44,848 bases of DNA from contig CACZAY010000003.1 in assembly GCA_902779265.1 (NCBI GenBank), positions 1 to 44,848 on the forward strand, written 5' to 3'. The notes under the pieces are model-generated. The model was not told the DNA's origin, did no database searches, and saw only the letters and a program-made list of their open reading frames with translations. The DNA is from an uncultured Bacteroidales bacterium (GTDB taxonomy: Bacteria > Bacteroidota > Bacteroidia > Bacteroidales > UBA3663). Of this stretch, positions 27,763 through 37,455 are shown piece by piece (within the stretch, counting starts at the first letter, position 1; every line of letters begins with the position of its first letter). Made by a program: the position numbers and the translations under genes.

Positions 27763-29418
27763 ATGGTATCAATAGATGGACTTACCGTCGAATTTGGCGG
27801 AACCACCCTTTTCAAGGATATTTCCTTCGTCATCAACGAGAAAGACCGCATCGCCCTGATGGGCAAGAACGGTGCTGGCAAATCGACGCTGTTGAAAATC
27901 ATCGCCGGCGTACGCACCCCAACGCGCGGAGCGGTCAATGTGCCCAAGGACTGCACCGTGTGCTACCTGCCGCAGCATCTGATGACCGAAGACGGCCGTA
28001 CGGTGTTCGAGGAGGCCAGCCAGGCATTCGCCCATCTCAAGCAGATGGAGGTCGAAATCGAGGAGCTGAACAACCAGTTGGCTACGCGGACGGACTACGA
28101 AAGCCAGGAGTATATGGACCTCATCGAGAAGGTTACATCGATGTCCGAGAAGTTCTACGCCATCGACATGACCCACTTCGAGGAGGATGTCGAGAAGGCC
28201 CTGCTCGGCCTCGGCTTCAAGCGCAGTGATTTCGGCCGACAGACCTCGGAGTTCTCCGGCGGCTGGCGTATGCGCATCGAATTGGCCAAGCTCCTGTTGC
28301 AGAATCCCGACGTGCTCCTGCTCGACGAGCCGACCAACCACCTCGACATCGAGTCCATCGGCTGGCTGGAGGATTTCATCATGAACAGTCCGATGGCCGT
28401 CGTGCTCATCAGCCACGACCGCAAGTTCGTCGATACCATCACTACGCGGACCATCGAGGTTACGTTGGGCCGAATCTACGACTATAAGGCCAAGTACAGC
28501 CACTATCTCGAACTGCGCAAGGAGCGTCGCGCACAGCAGCAGAAGCAGTACGAAGACCAGCAGAAGCAGATTGCCGAGGCCAAGGAGTTCATCGAGCGTT
28601 TCAAGGGTACCTACAGCAAGACATTCCAGGTGCAGAGCAAGGTGAAGTGGCTGGAGAAACTCGAGCTGGTCGAGGTCGATGAGGAAGACACATCGGCCCT
28701 GCGCCTGAAATTCCCGCCGGCACCACGCAGTGGCAACTATCCCATCATCGCTGAGGGCTGCGGCGCGGGCTACACCAATCCGCTACGCGAGGAGGACTGC
28801 ATCTTCCACAACGCCACCTTCATGGTCGAGCGTGGCCAGAAGATAGCCTTCGTCGGCCGTAATGGTGAAGGTAAATCGACGATGGTCAAGGCCATCATGG
28901 GCGAGATCCAGCACACGGGGCAGCTCACCGTCGGCCATAATGTGCAGATCGGATATTTCGCGCAGAACAGCGCTTCGCTGCTCGACGAGGAGGCCACCGT
29001 CTATCAGACCATCGACGACATTGCCGTCGGCGAAATCCGCAAGAAGATTTCCGACCTGCTCGGCGCGTTCATGTTCGGCGGCGAAGATACGTTGAAGAAG
29101 GTCAAGGTGCTTTCGGGCGGCGAACGTGTGCGTCTCTGCATGGTCAAGCTGCTTCTGGAGCCCTACAACCTGCTCATCCTCGACGAGCCGACCAACCACC
29201 TCGACATGAAGACGAAGGACATCCTCAAACAGGCGCTCAAGGCCTACGACGGCACGCTGATTGTCGTCTCGCACGACCGCGATTTCCTCGACGGTCTGGT
29301 CGAAAAGGTCTTCGAGTTCTCCGATGGCCGCGTGCGCGAGCACCTCTGCGGCGTCTATGAGTTCCTCGAAAAGAAGAAGATGGAGAACCTCCAGGAACTG
29401 GAGCGTAGCAAGAAATAA
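27763..29418 (+). CDS. ABC-F family ATPase (two ABC domains, no TM domain)
   Basis: Two Walker A sites (GKNGAGKST, GRNGEGKST), two signature motifs (FSGGWRMR, LSGGERVR) and a charged linker with QQQKQYEDQQKQI. Confidence 0.9.
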   Translation: MVSIDGLTVEFGGTTLFKDISFVINEKDRIALMGKNGAGKSTLLKIIAGVRTPTRGAVNVPKDCTVCYLPQHLMTEDGRTVFEEASQAFAHLKQMEVEIEELNNQLATRTDYESQEYMDLIEKVTSMSEKFYAIDMTHFEEDVEKALLGLGFKRSDFGRQTSEFSGGWRMRIELAKLLLQNPDVLLLDEPTNHLDIESIGWLEDFIMNSPMAVVLISHDRKFVDTITTRTIEVTLGRIYDYKAKYSHYLELRKERRAQQQKQYEDQQKQIAEAKEFIERFKGTYSKTFQVQSKVKWLEKLELVEVDEEDTSALRLKFPPAPRSGNYPIIAEGCGAGYTNPLREEDCIFHNATFMVERGQKIAFVGRNGEGKSTMVKAIMGEIQHTGQLTVGHNVQIGYFAQNSASLLDEEATVYQTIDDIAVGEIRKKISDLLGAFMFGGEDTLKKVKVLSGGERVRLCMVKLLLEPYNLLILDEPTNHLDMKTKDILKQALKAYDGTLIVVSHDRDFLDGLVEKVFEFSDGRVREHLCGVYEFLEKKKMENLQELERSKK

Positions 29419-29440
29419 GCGCCCTATTTCCGTCCGTAAA

Positions 29441-29490
29441 CAATGCCCTGTATGGAGTGTTTTGCACTCCATACAGGGCATTGCTTTTTA
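29441..29490 (+). terminator. Strong rho-independent terminator of the ABC-F gene
   Basis: A perfect 19-bp stem, caatgccctgtatggagtg / cactccatacagggcattg, with a 5-nt loop, followed by cTTTTTaTT. Confidence 0.8.
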
Positions 29491-29632
29491 TTCTATATTT
29501 GGATTATCAGTATGTCAAAGATCTTTTGTGGCGCAAAGATAAGGCATATTTCGCGCCACACCAATCTTTTGACACCTATAGTTTTGACTATACTTTGCTA
29601 AAGAGACATGAAAGTCAATGAGTAATACTATA

Positions 29633-32600
29633 TTAGTTGTATTGCTTCGATACGTTGAAAATTGAAATTGGTTCATAATCATCCTTCTGTTTATTTATAT
29701 GATTCTCTATATAGGAATCTGACCATAAAGGATGAGTCAGGATGAACTTCTTTCCGAATTTTATACCAGCTATCGTGCCATTTACAACTTGTGGAGCAAA
29801 ACCTTTGTTATCTAACATCTTGAAGATTGTGACAAATATATAGCGATGCCAATAGCTGACAGAGAAATCTATCACAGCTTTCGGATCGTGAGCCAACCTT
29901 GCCATATCAAGACCTAAACGCCAATCTAACAAATGATGTTCTTTCTGGTTAGAATAGTCTCTGATACAATCGTAGCATGAAGAGGTGCACCCCTCTTCGT
30001 GTTCCTTCGAAGTCAGTTGTTCATAGACTTCACCTCCTTCAATGAGGGGGCTTATAATAGCTTGGTATGGCACTTTAGGATATTTCCTGCCACTCAAATA
30101 GTTGCAATAACCAGCGCCATTCTCTAAGCTCTCTACGAAAAAGGCTTCAGCTTTCTGACCACCAGGTGCAATGTAAAAACCGACATTAAGTTCTGAAGAG
30201 TCAATATCCAAATAGGATGCTACAGCCTTACGCACCAGATAACCCCATGACAAGAATGCTGCTTTCACAGCGAAATTAAGTTCCCCATTAACAATTGGGC
30301 TCAAACAGAGATCTTCTCTTACCTGTTGTATAGAAATAGTCAATACACCAGTAGTTTTAGATGAAACCAAAGCATATTTTTCTTCATTGCTTACAAACAC
30401 TGATTTCTGTCTCTCTATTGAGAAACTGTCCTTGCAAACATAGTCTCCAACCCCAACTTTTCCTAGCTTATATAAATTGCCACTGTTATCATTAATCAGG
30501 TTAACTCTACCTTGCGAAGGAATCGTGTTGTTACGGATAGTCATATTGTCAACAGATGGAGCCTCATGCAATTTATCCTCACAATCCAACTTTATGTCAC
30601 TATTTGTAGAAAACCACTCAAAGCTGCCATTAAAGTCTTCTGGTTTGGCCTCATAATCGACACGAAAGCCCAATGGAGAACACACTTTGATGTTATCCAT
30701 CTGATTACCGCAGATAGGGCATTTCTCTTTTTTATCATCTATTGTGGAGTAACCACAGCGGCATTTGTTCAACAATTGTTTATAGCTATTCAGAGAGTTA
30801 GCCTTTGCATGAGGTATGGGGCCGTTACTATACTCGTAGTCAGCCATACCAACAGCACGATACACTTTCTTATCCTTAACTATTTCATGTCCAGGTGCAA
30901 AAGAATTGATAGCCATATCCATATCCCTGGTCACGACGTCCTCTGCAGGTAGTTTCTTGGGGTAACTCAGATATAAATTTCTGCTTCTTGTCGGGAATCC
31001 GAACATCGGCAGTAGTCCTGCATTGGCCAGTCTTTCGCTTAAATAATCTTGAGTATATTCGTTACTTCGGGCAATCTCAGATATCCTATCTACCAATTTC
31101 TCATAAACATCATTCAAAATCGTATGATAATTCTCATCCGAAATTTCCGTACCCTTGGTGACAACATCGATTATTCTTTCCACGTCGGCCTTATGGCTAC
31201 GTATCCATGCTTCGACAATAGCTTTGTTTTTACTATCCCAAGCATCTACCTTGCCAAAGTTTCCGTGTACACTGTCATTTTCCTGTGTATTGGATTTTAA
31301 AGCCCTATACAGAATCTCTTTGTTGACAATGCGCTCTACAATCTCGATAGTTCTTACCTCCAAATATGGGTCTTTGGGAGTATCTGAAACCATTCTATTG
31401 TACTCCTGGAAATTGGTCTGGTCGTGGCTTGACGCACTTGCGACAGTAAGAGCCAAAGACAATGCTTTCCCTCTACGACCGGCACGACCTACACGCTGTT
31501 GGTAGTTGAATCGTTGTGGAGGCACATTGCCCATCATCACAGCTGACAGGGAACCAATATCCACACCAGCTTCCATCGTTGTGGTGACACTCAGCAAGTC
31601 AATCCCTTCGACATACTTGTTTTCGTTCTCCAGAAAGATGTCTTGAAAGAGCCTTTGTCTTCGTATTGAATCTTCCCTTGATGTTTGACCGGTCATCTCT
31701 TCACAATGTAATCTGTAATTCTTGTTCTGAGAATGCAGTAGTGACAAATAATAATCATCGGGATTATTTATGTTTTCTTGTGTAAGAGTCTTCGCCTCAC
31801 CCAAACTGTGCAAACAGTTGATACAAATACCGTTGGCATGTTGCATGTGAATAGTCTTGCACCTCGGACATTCCCAATAGAGAGAACCAGCCTTGGCCTC
31901 TACAAAAGAGAGACCCTCTCCGGTCAACAGAATCTCCTCTTTAAGGATTATTCCATTCTTTCTTAAATAGCGCAGTATATCGTCCTTCTTTTCAGAAACG
32001 AATGACCTATCCCCTTTACCATAGATACGCTTTATCAAAGTACCTACAATTTGGGGAAGACTCATTCCTGGATATTTATTAGAGTAACCAGCAATCCTTT
32101 TCTTCTCGCCCAAGATTCGGATAACTGAACAAACCAATTCTTTCATTTCGCCGTCTAAATCATTGTTTGTCGGTCTAAGATATCCTAACCTCAGCTGTTC
32201 GAAAGATCCGCTCTTATTGCCGAAAATACTCATTATCTGTTCCCGCTTATTGCCTATGCGAAGATTTTTTAGATAGTTTTCCCTTGAATCATTCAAGTTA
32301 TCTTTTTCCTCCTTTTTTTCAAAGTCGAACAGTTCATGCCATATGACTTCGTTTTCTGCAGCATAAGAAGGTCTTGGTCCTGCGGGATTTATGCCTAAAG
32401 ACAACATAGTCTGGAACACTTTGTTTTCAATTTTGTCAATTTCCAAATCAGAAGAATTGAGAAAGGTATTCAATTCCTTGATTTCAGACCTTGTTGCAAT
32501 TTCGTCTTTTTCGTCGCGTATGATGTTATAATATTTTTTAAAAATCTTATCTTCTTTTAATTTTGTAACACTCTTTTTTATCCTTTCGTCACGGAGTCCA

Positions 32601-34813
32601 TTTTCTCTGTATTCTTTCAAGATATCTTTATAATCGTTTTTCTCATTGAGAGCATTCAATATCGCCCATCTAAGCATATCACGATAATGGTCGAGTTCTA
32701 TGCCAGCGGAGAGTTTGGCAGCTGCTTGTCTGCTGTCCGAGAACAGCACTAACTTGGTTTTATCCTCGTTTGCACTCTTCATGCTTCGTATCAATGCATC
32801 GGCCAGAATCTGATTCACTTTCTGCAAACCAGTGCTATGACGTCTGATAGGAGTCAAACTATTACCATCATATATTTTGTATCTCACATCACATTGAGGA
32901 CATCTTGCAGGGAACTTAGGTTCTCCTTCTCTTTGGATGTAAAGCCAATATTCACCATCTATAGAACCGACTATTTCTCCAGATGAAGAATCGTAGTTCA
33001 CAGTTTGCCAGCCCTCTTTATGCAGTGTTGTATAGTCCTCCTCGACATTGCTATTAATATGTCTTTTCCAAAGTACGCCATACGGAATGAAACCATTGGT
33101 CAGTGGTTTTTCTATGCTAAGATACTTATCAGTTTTATCACTGATGACATAACCGCCCAAGAACACATCTCCGCAGTTCTCGCAAACAAGCATATCGAGC
33201 ACACGCTTGCCACAATTGCAGATAGTTCGGGGTCGTTTGTAGAGTTTGCCTATATAACGGTCTTCAAATCTGTATTGTGCATCGACACAGTCACATTTGG
33301 AGTCTGAACAAGCCCATAATCCACTGATACTGCGGAAGAAATAGTGTGCCCTGATTGGAGATACTGCTCCACCATTTATCGTACTCTGGCAGATGATTTT
33401 TATCATCGCTTCAACCACCTCTTTTCTGTCAGCACAGGGGACTTCATTCAGTGCATTGGCTATCTTTTCTACGTCTTTAGGAATGATACCTTTAGGAGAA
33501 CTCATCGCGTATTTCAGCCAGGAGAGCAATTCGTATTTCTCAGTTATATCGTTGAAATCACGACAATGCAGAGCATCCAGCAAAGCTTTATCTGCCTGCT
33601 CGTCAGCAGTATGGGCATATTGCACCAATGCCTCAACAGGTAAAGACGCAGAGGGTTTGTTTGGTTGAGGCTGAGCGGGATTGGAAAGAATGATAAAACG
33701 TTGTTCAAAATCTGCCTTACTTAAACCGAAAAACTCAGACAGGAACTCCTTAGATTGCTCATTTTCTTCGAGAGAAGCACTCGTTGCCAAAAACTGCACC
33801 TGAGGTGAATCTGGAGCGAGCCCTAATCTATCCAATAAGATTCTAAGCAAGTAGGCCACTTCTGTACCAGATGTGCCTCTATAGGTATGCAACTCATCGA
33901 TTACCAGATGAAAGACATTATTCAGGTCTGTTTGTAACCACTTTCGAGTTTGCTCAAATATCTCCGCTTCCGTTTCTCGCATCAGCATGATATTCAGCAT
34001 ACTATAGTTGGTTATCATTATATCTGGAGCATTGTCTTGCATAGAGAATCTGTCCCACATTTCGGCTGAATCAGGCTCCATGCACGGAATGTGATACAAT
34101 AATTCTTCCTGGTCTCCATTTTTTACGGCTTTCCAATCTTCTTCCAGCTGTTTCTTTTCTGCATTCCATCTGTCCTTGCTCCTCTCTTTTGTTCCACTTA
34201 CAGGAGTCATACCTGTATAACGACCAAAATAGAATCTGTTTCCATTTCTATTTTTATCTAACCAATCCAATGCCCCAGTTCCATCGTCACGTCTGCTGTT
34301 CAGGGCTTTGCGAAGACGTATCATCTGGTCTTCGGCTAAGGCATTAAGAGGGTACAATATCATGGCTCTCATGGCCCTTGGCCGCGAGTTGCGCCAACTT
34401 TGAGACTCTTTGATAAGGTCAGCAATGACAGGCAATAGGAAACACTCCGTTTTACCAGAACCCGTTCCTGTCGTAACGACTATACTCTTTCTGTTTTTGT
34501 GTGCCTCTAGGAGAGCCGCATACTGGTGATCATACAGTTTGCGCTCATGACCAGACGGAGAGAACATACCAGAATGAACAAAATCATTCAAGTCCATAGA
34601 AACCCCTTCTTTTAGACAAAAGTCTCTAAGGCTTGCTTGCTCATGGTACTTAGGTACAAGTTCTATGATAGGAGGTTGACAGATAGTACCAGCTTCCTTT
34701 ATCAGTTCGGCGCGTTCCTGACTATATTCTTTTTGAAACAAAGGTAAGCCACTGCTTATATATTTCAAATAAGCAGTTTGTATTTCATTGAAAATATTGA
34801 TTGGATTATTCAT
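29633..34813 (-). CDS. Large SF2 (DExH) helicase fused to a DUF1998/MZB-type zinc-binding C-terminus; DruE-like
   Basis: Helicase motifs are GTGSGKT (aa 116-122), ILYPLNALAEDQ, ITNYSMLNIML, DELHTYRG (aa 306-313), TSAS, LFSDSRQAAAK and QRVGRAGRRG (aa 1106-1115). C-terminal motifs are LPMFGFPTRSR and GCTSSCYDCIRDYSNQKEHHLLD. Four further CxxC clusters are present. Confidence 0.85.
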   Translation of the reverse strand: MNNPINIFNEIQTAYLKYISSGLPLFQKEYSQERAELIKEAGTICQPPIIELVPKYHEQASLRDFCLKEGVSMDLNDFVHSGMFSPSGHERKLYDHQYAALLEAHKNRKSIVVTTGTGSGKTECFLLPVIADLIKESQSWRNSRPRAMRAMILYPLNALAEDQMIRLRKALNSRRDDGTGALDWLDKNRNGNRFYFGRYTGMTPVSGTKERSKDRWNAEKKQLEEDWKAVKNGDQEELLYHIPCMEPDSAEMWDRFSMQDNAPDIMITNYSMLNIMLMRETEAEIFEQTRKWLQTDLNNVFHLVIDELHTYRGTSGTEVAYLLRILLDRLGLAPDSPQVQFLATSASLEENEQSKEFLSEFFGLSKADFEQRFIILSNPAQPQPNKPSASLPVEALVQYAHTADEQADKALLDALHCRDFNDITEKYELLSWLKYAMSSPKGIIPKDVEKIANALNEVPCADRKEVVEAMIKIICQSTINGGAVSPIRAHYFFRSISGLWACSDSKCDCVDAQYRFEDRYIGKLYKRPRTICNCGKRVLDMLVCENCGDVFLGGYVISDKTDKYLSIEKPLTNGFIPYGVLWKRHINSNVEEDYTTLHKEGWQTVNYDSSSGEIVGSIDGEYWLYIQREGEPKFPARCPQCDVRYKIYDGNSLTPIRRHSTGLQKVNQILADALIRSMKSANEDKTKLVLFSDSRQAAAKLSAGIELDHYRDMLRWAILNALNEKNDYKDILKEYRENGLRDERIKKSVTKLKEDKIFKKYYNIIRDEKDEIATRSEIKELNTFLNSSDLEIDKIENKVFQTMLSLGINPAGPRPSYAAENEVIWHELFDFEKKEEKDNLNDSRENYLKNLRIGNKREQIMSIFGNKSGSFEQLRLGYLRPTNNDLDGEMKELVCSVIRILGEKKRIAGYSNKYPGMSLPQIVGTLIKRIYGKGDRSFVSEKKDDILRYLRKNGIILKEEILLTGEGLSFVEAKAGSLYWECPRCKTIHMQHANGICINCLHSLGEAKTLTQENINNPDDYYLSLLHSQNKNYRLHCEEMTGQTSREDSIRRQRLFQDIFLENENKYVEGIDLLSVTTTMEAGVDIGSLSAVMMGNVPPQRFNYQQRVGRAGRRGKALSLALTVASASSHDQTNFQEYNRMVSDTPKDPYLEVRTIEIVERIVNKEILYRALKSNTQENDSVHGNFGKVDAWDSKNKAIVEAWIRSHKADVERIIDVVTKGTEISDENYHTILNDVYEKLVDRISEIARSNEYTQDYLSERLANAGLLPMFGFPTRSRNLYLSYPKKLPAEDVVTRDMDMAINSFAPGHEIVKDKKVYRAVGMADYEYSNGPIPHAKANSLNSYKQLLNKCRCGYSTIDDKKEKCPICGNQMDNIKVCSPLGFRVDYEAKPEDFNGSFEWFSTNSDIKLDCEDKLHEAPSVDNMTIRNNTIPSQGRVNLINDNSGNLYKLGKVGVGDYVCKDSFSIERQKSVFVSNEEKYALVSSKTTGVLTISIQQVREDLCLSPIVNGELNFAVKAAFLSWGYLVRKAVASYLDIDSSELNVGFYIAPGGQKAEAFFVESLENGAGYCNYLSGRKYPKVPYQAIISPLIEGGEVYEQLTSKEHEEGCTSSCYDCIRDYSNQKEHHLLDWRLGLDMARLAHDPKAVIDFSVSYWHRYIFVTIFKMLDNKGFAPQVVNGTIAGIKFGKKFILTHPLWSDSYIENHINKQKDDYEPISIFNVSKQYN

Positions 34814-35621
34814 AGTTGATAGAGTTACAGAGTATTCGGTTTAGCTCCTTAACCGTCGATTTAGAGACATTATTGAACCATAGTTTGCCATCACTGCAGA
34901 TAGGCATCTGACGAGATGCCATAGTTTCAAGTTGTAACACTCTATACAGCAAAAATGGCATCGCAAATAACGGCATAACTAACAGTTTCTTGGCTCGTAC
35001 GTAAGAGCCTGTCCACTCCTGGTTGATAACTCGGCTATAACTATATGCGATGGCAAATGCATCGGGATTATACGTTTTATCAGGAATACTTTTTACGACA
35101 TATTTGTCTGGAATGACAAAATACCTCTTCATGCCGTCTATTCTCTTGGCTAATCCCTTTTCCCAGTTGCTATAATACTCCAAGTCGTTATTATCGATAA
35201 AGGATTCATCTCTAAATCCATACACTACATCCTGGATTGTTGGAAAGTGTTTCAAGATGCCTGTAGGATTAACTTTTGTCACCTTATAGTTATGAGGGTT
35301 GATAAGATTTTCTGTAAGAAATATACCCGCACTGACCTCATCGGTAAGGTAGTTTTCTGGCTTGGGATTGACATAATAAAAGTGTGTCCCATAGTCAAGT
35401 ATGAGCGATTCTGTCAAAGCATAATATCCCTTCCCTACATGATCTATCACACCACTATAGACTAGGGGCCAAAACAACGCCCACATTGGTTCTTTTCGAT
35501 TAATACCCAATCGTTGAGCCAATTCATCACAAGTCGTCTGTATTACATCCAGACTTCGTTGTTCTGAATGGCTCATCCATGTTCTAATTAGGCGTTGGGC
35601 TTCAAATAGAGAATCATTCAT
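34806..35621 (-). CDS. Hypothetical protein (271 aa), third gene of the operon; possible N-terminal winged helix
   Basis: Overlaps its neighbours by 8 nt at both ends. CDELAQRLGINRKE...SGVIDHVGKGYYALTE is wHTH-like. No other motif was found. Confidence 0.6.
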   Translation of the reverse strand: MNDSLFEAQRLIRTWMSHSEQRSLDVIQTTCDELAQRLGINRKEPMWALFWPLVYSGVIDHVGKGYYALTESLILDYGTHFYYVNPKPENYLTDEVSAGIFLTENLINPHNYKVTKVNPTGILKHFPTIQDVVYGFRDESFIDNNDLEYYSNWEKGLAKRIDGMKRYFVIPDKYVVKSIPDKTYNPDAFAIAYSYSRVINQEWTGSYVRAKKLLVMPLFAMPFLLYRVLQLETMASRQMPICSDGKLWFNNVSKSTVKELNRILCNSINYE

Positions 35622-37455
35622 CTTGCAAATAATCTTCGTAGTAGTTCTTTACATCATCAACCGTTTGCTCATTTAGCTGACTTGGTGAGAGATAACCTGC
35701 AGATTCATTAAGTGTTGGCAATCCAATCTTTGCCTGCTTGGTTGATATCCAATCAGGATTAACACATCCTATATACTGCAAGCAATTTGCATTTAATGGC
35801 ATCACATCATCCTTAGTTATGGTACACAGAATGCGCAAGTTATTTGGTAAAGCCTTGCCAGTCCCTGCAATTTTAGTGGTCAACCCACTCTGTATATCTA
35901 TCAGTGGCATCATATAATTAGGCAGGTAGGTCAGATTGATGTTTTGCAATACAAGATAATACATCTTTTCAGAGTCTTTTTCCGCCTGTTCGACAATATA
36001 AGCCAATCCATTCGTCCAAAGGTCGTCAAAAGACCGCCAACTTGCACTGACATACTCGACCAAATAACGACAGCACAAAGTAGATTGTATAATTATTTGA
36101 GCCATCTTTGCATCTGGCACCAGAAGCATTCGATAGTTGCACAATAGACTTCCAATAATGTCACAGGCATCCTCATCTTCTATTCCATTCAGGCAAAGGG
36201 TATCATCTAAAATTTTGATGAATTTTCGGTAGCTAGAACATTTAGTCTGGACTAACGATACCTCTTCCAAAGAGAAGACTGACCCGACCTGAGAGGTTTT
36301 ATAAGCAGGAAGACCCGTATGTAATACCTCTCGAACCACAGTATAATCCTCGACTATCGACTCTTTGTGCTTCTCTAATAGCTGAATACTGTTTTCCAGG
36401 GTTTTAACCTTGTCAGATTCTTGCCGAAGTAAAGATTCCAACCCCTCCAATTCAGATTGCTTCTCTTGAAGTTGCTTATCTATTATGCCTTTCTCTTTTT
36501 CATAGTTTCCCTTTTTCAGTGCTAAGTCTTGGTTAAATTGGTTATCTATAGCTTGTATTTCTTCTGCTTTCGAGCGCTTATAATCTGCCATAAAAGCATC
36601 TTGATGCTTAGCTAATGACATCTCTATAGACTCTTTCAACCAAAGGCTTTGACTTAATTCCTTTACCGTCTCATAAGGCAAAGTGAAGACATTAGTCATT
36701 GTCAATAACCGATGGATACGATTCTCTATGACATCTTCGGTCAATTGTTTTGTTACTTTAAACCTACTGCGAATCATGGATTCTACTTCACCGAAGTTTT
36801 TATTCTCAACGAGGTTACTCCATTCCTCTTTCAGGACTTTATTGAGAAACCAATCCAATAGTTGTTCATCGTTCGTAATGTCAAAACTACCAGTTTTGAC
36901 GTCATCATTAGGAACTTTGACAACAAAGAGTTTGTCTTCTACAGTGATTGTCTCTACAACATTCCTATTCCAATATGGCACAAAACGATTATTCTTCTTT
37001 GGGTCAATAAGCCAAATATATGGACCTGAAGAAACATAGCATTTTTCGTCTATATCAACAAGTCCATACTTCTCTAATAACGAATAGTTGTATTGTCCAT
37101 TATTAGAAAACGTTTCATCTATAGAAATGGCTCGCTTAAAAAATGGAGCTACGTTTCCTGCTTTGTTCCATACATAGGCACAATAGTCATTTCTATCCGT
37201 ATTTTTATTAGGCAGTACCTTTACCATAAATAGGTACTTTTCATCATCCAGTTGAGGAAAGTTGTGTGCGAAGACCTCCCCTTGGGTATAAAAAATCTCT
37301 CTTGCTTGTCTTGGCGTTAATGGCAAAAACTGACCATTAGAAAGTATGCCAACTACTTTTAATCTTGCATGTGGAGAGCCCCAAATACGAGATACATAGC
37401 CTATTACATAGTCGTCATCATAATTAAACTCTGGTGTATAGTCATTGTTTATCAT
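35614..37455 (-). CDS. Hypothetical protein (613 aa), second gene of the operon; central coiled coil and a possible degenerate AAA+-like C-terminal domain
   Basis: ATGA overlaps the upstream gene. Heptad-rich, charged region at aa ~283-370. The C-terminal pattern is RMLLVPDAKMAQ ... YYLVLQNINL ... LRILCTIT. Confidence 0.6.
   Translation of the reverse strand: MINNDYTPEFNYDDDYVIGYVSRIWGSPHARLKVVGILSNGQFLPLTPRQAREIFYTQGEVFAHNFPQLDDEKYLFMVKVLPNKNTDRNDYCAYVWNKAGNVAPFFKRAISIDETFSNNGQYNYSLLEKYGLVDIDEKCYVSSGPYIWLIDPKKNNRFVPYWNRNVVETITVEDKLFVVKVPNDDVKTGSFDITNDEQLLDWFLNKVLKEEWSNLVENKNFGEVESMIRSRFKVTKQLTEDVIENRIHRLLTMTNVFTLPYETVKELSQSLWLKESIEMSLAKHQDAFMADYKRSKAEEIQAIDNQFNQDLALKKGNYEKEKGIIDKQLQEKQSELEGLESLLRQESDKVKTLENSIQLLEKHKESIVEDYTVVREVLHTGLPAYKTSQVGSVFSLEEVSLVQTKCSSYRKFIKILDDTLCLNGIEDEDACDIIGSLLCNYRMLLVPDAKMAQIIIQSTLCCRYLVEYVSASWRSFDDLWTNGLAYIVEQAEKDSEKMYYLVLQNINLTYLPNYMMPLIDIQSGLTTKIAGTGKALPNNLRILCTITKDDVMPLNANCLQYIGCVNPDWISTKQAKIGLPTLNESAGYLSPSQLNEQTVDDVKNYYEDYLQDE

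Noticed and set aside
29513-29578. caaagata (-7 box on the minus strand, 29534-29541) as an orphan promoter at the left island edge.
   Set aside because: It lies in the loop of a long imperfect hairpin (gtcaaagat...tgtggcgc / gcgccaca...atcttttgac) about 55 nt downstream of the helicase stop, and it has no ORF to drive. It may simply be part of the operon terminator, so I kept it only as weak supporting evidence for the duplicated leader idea.
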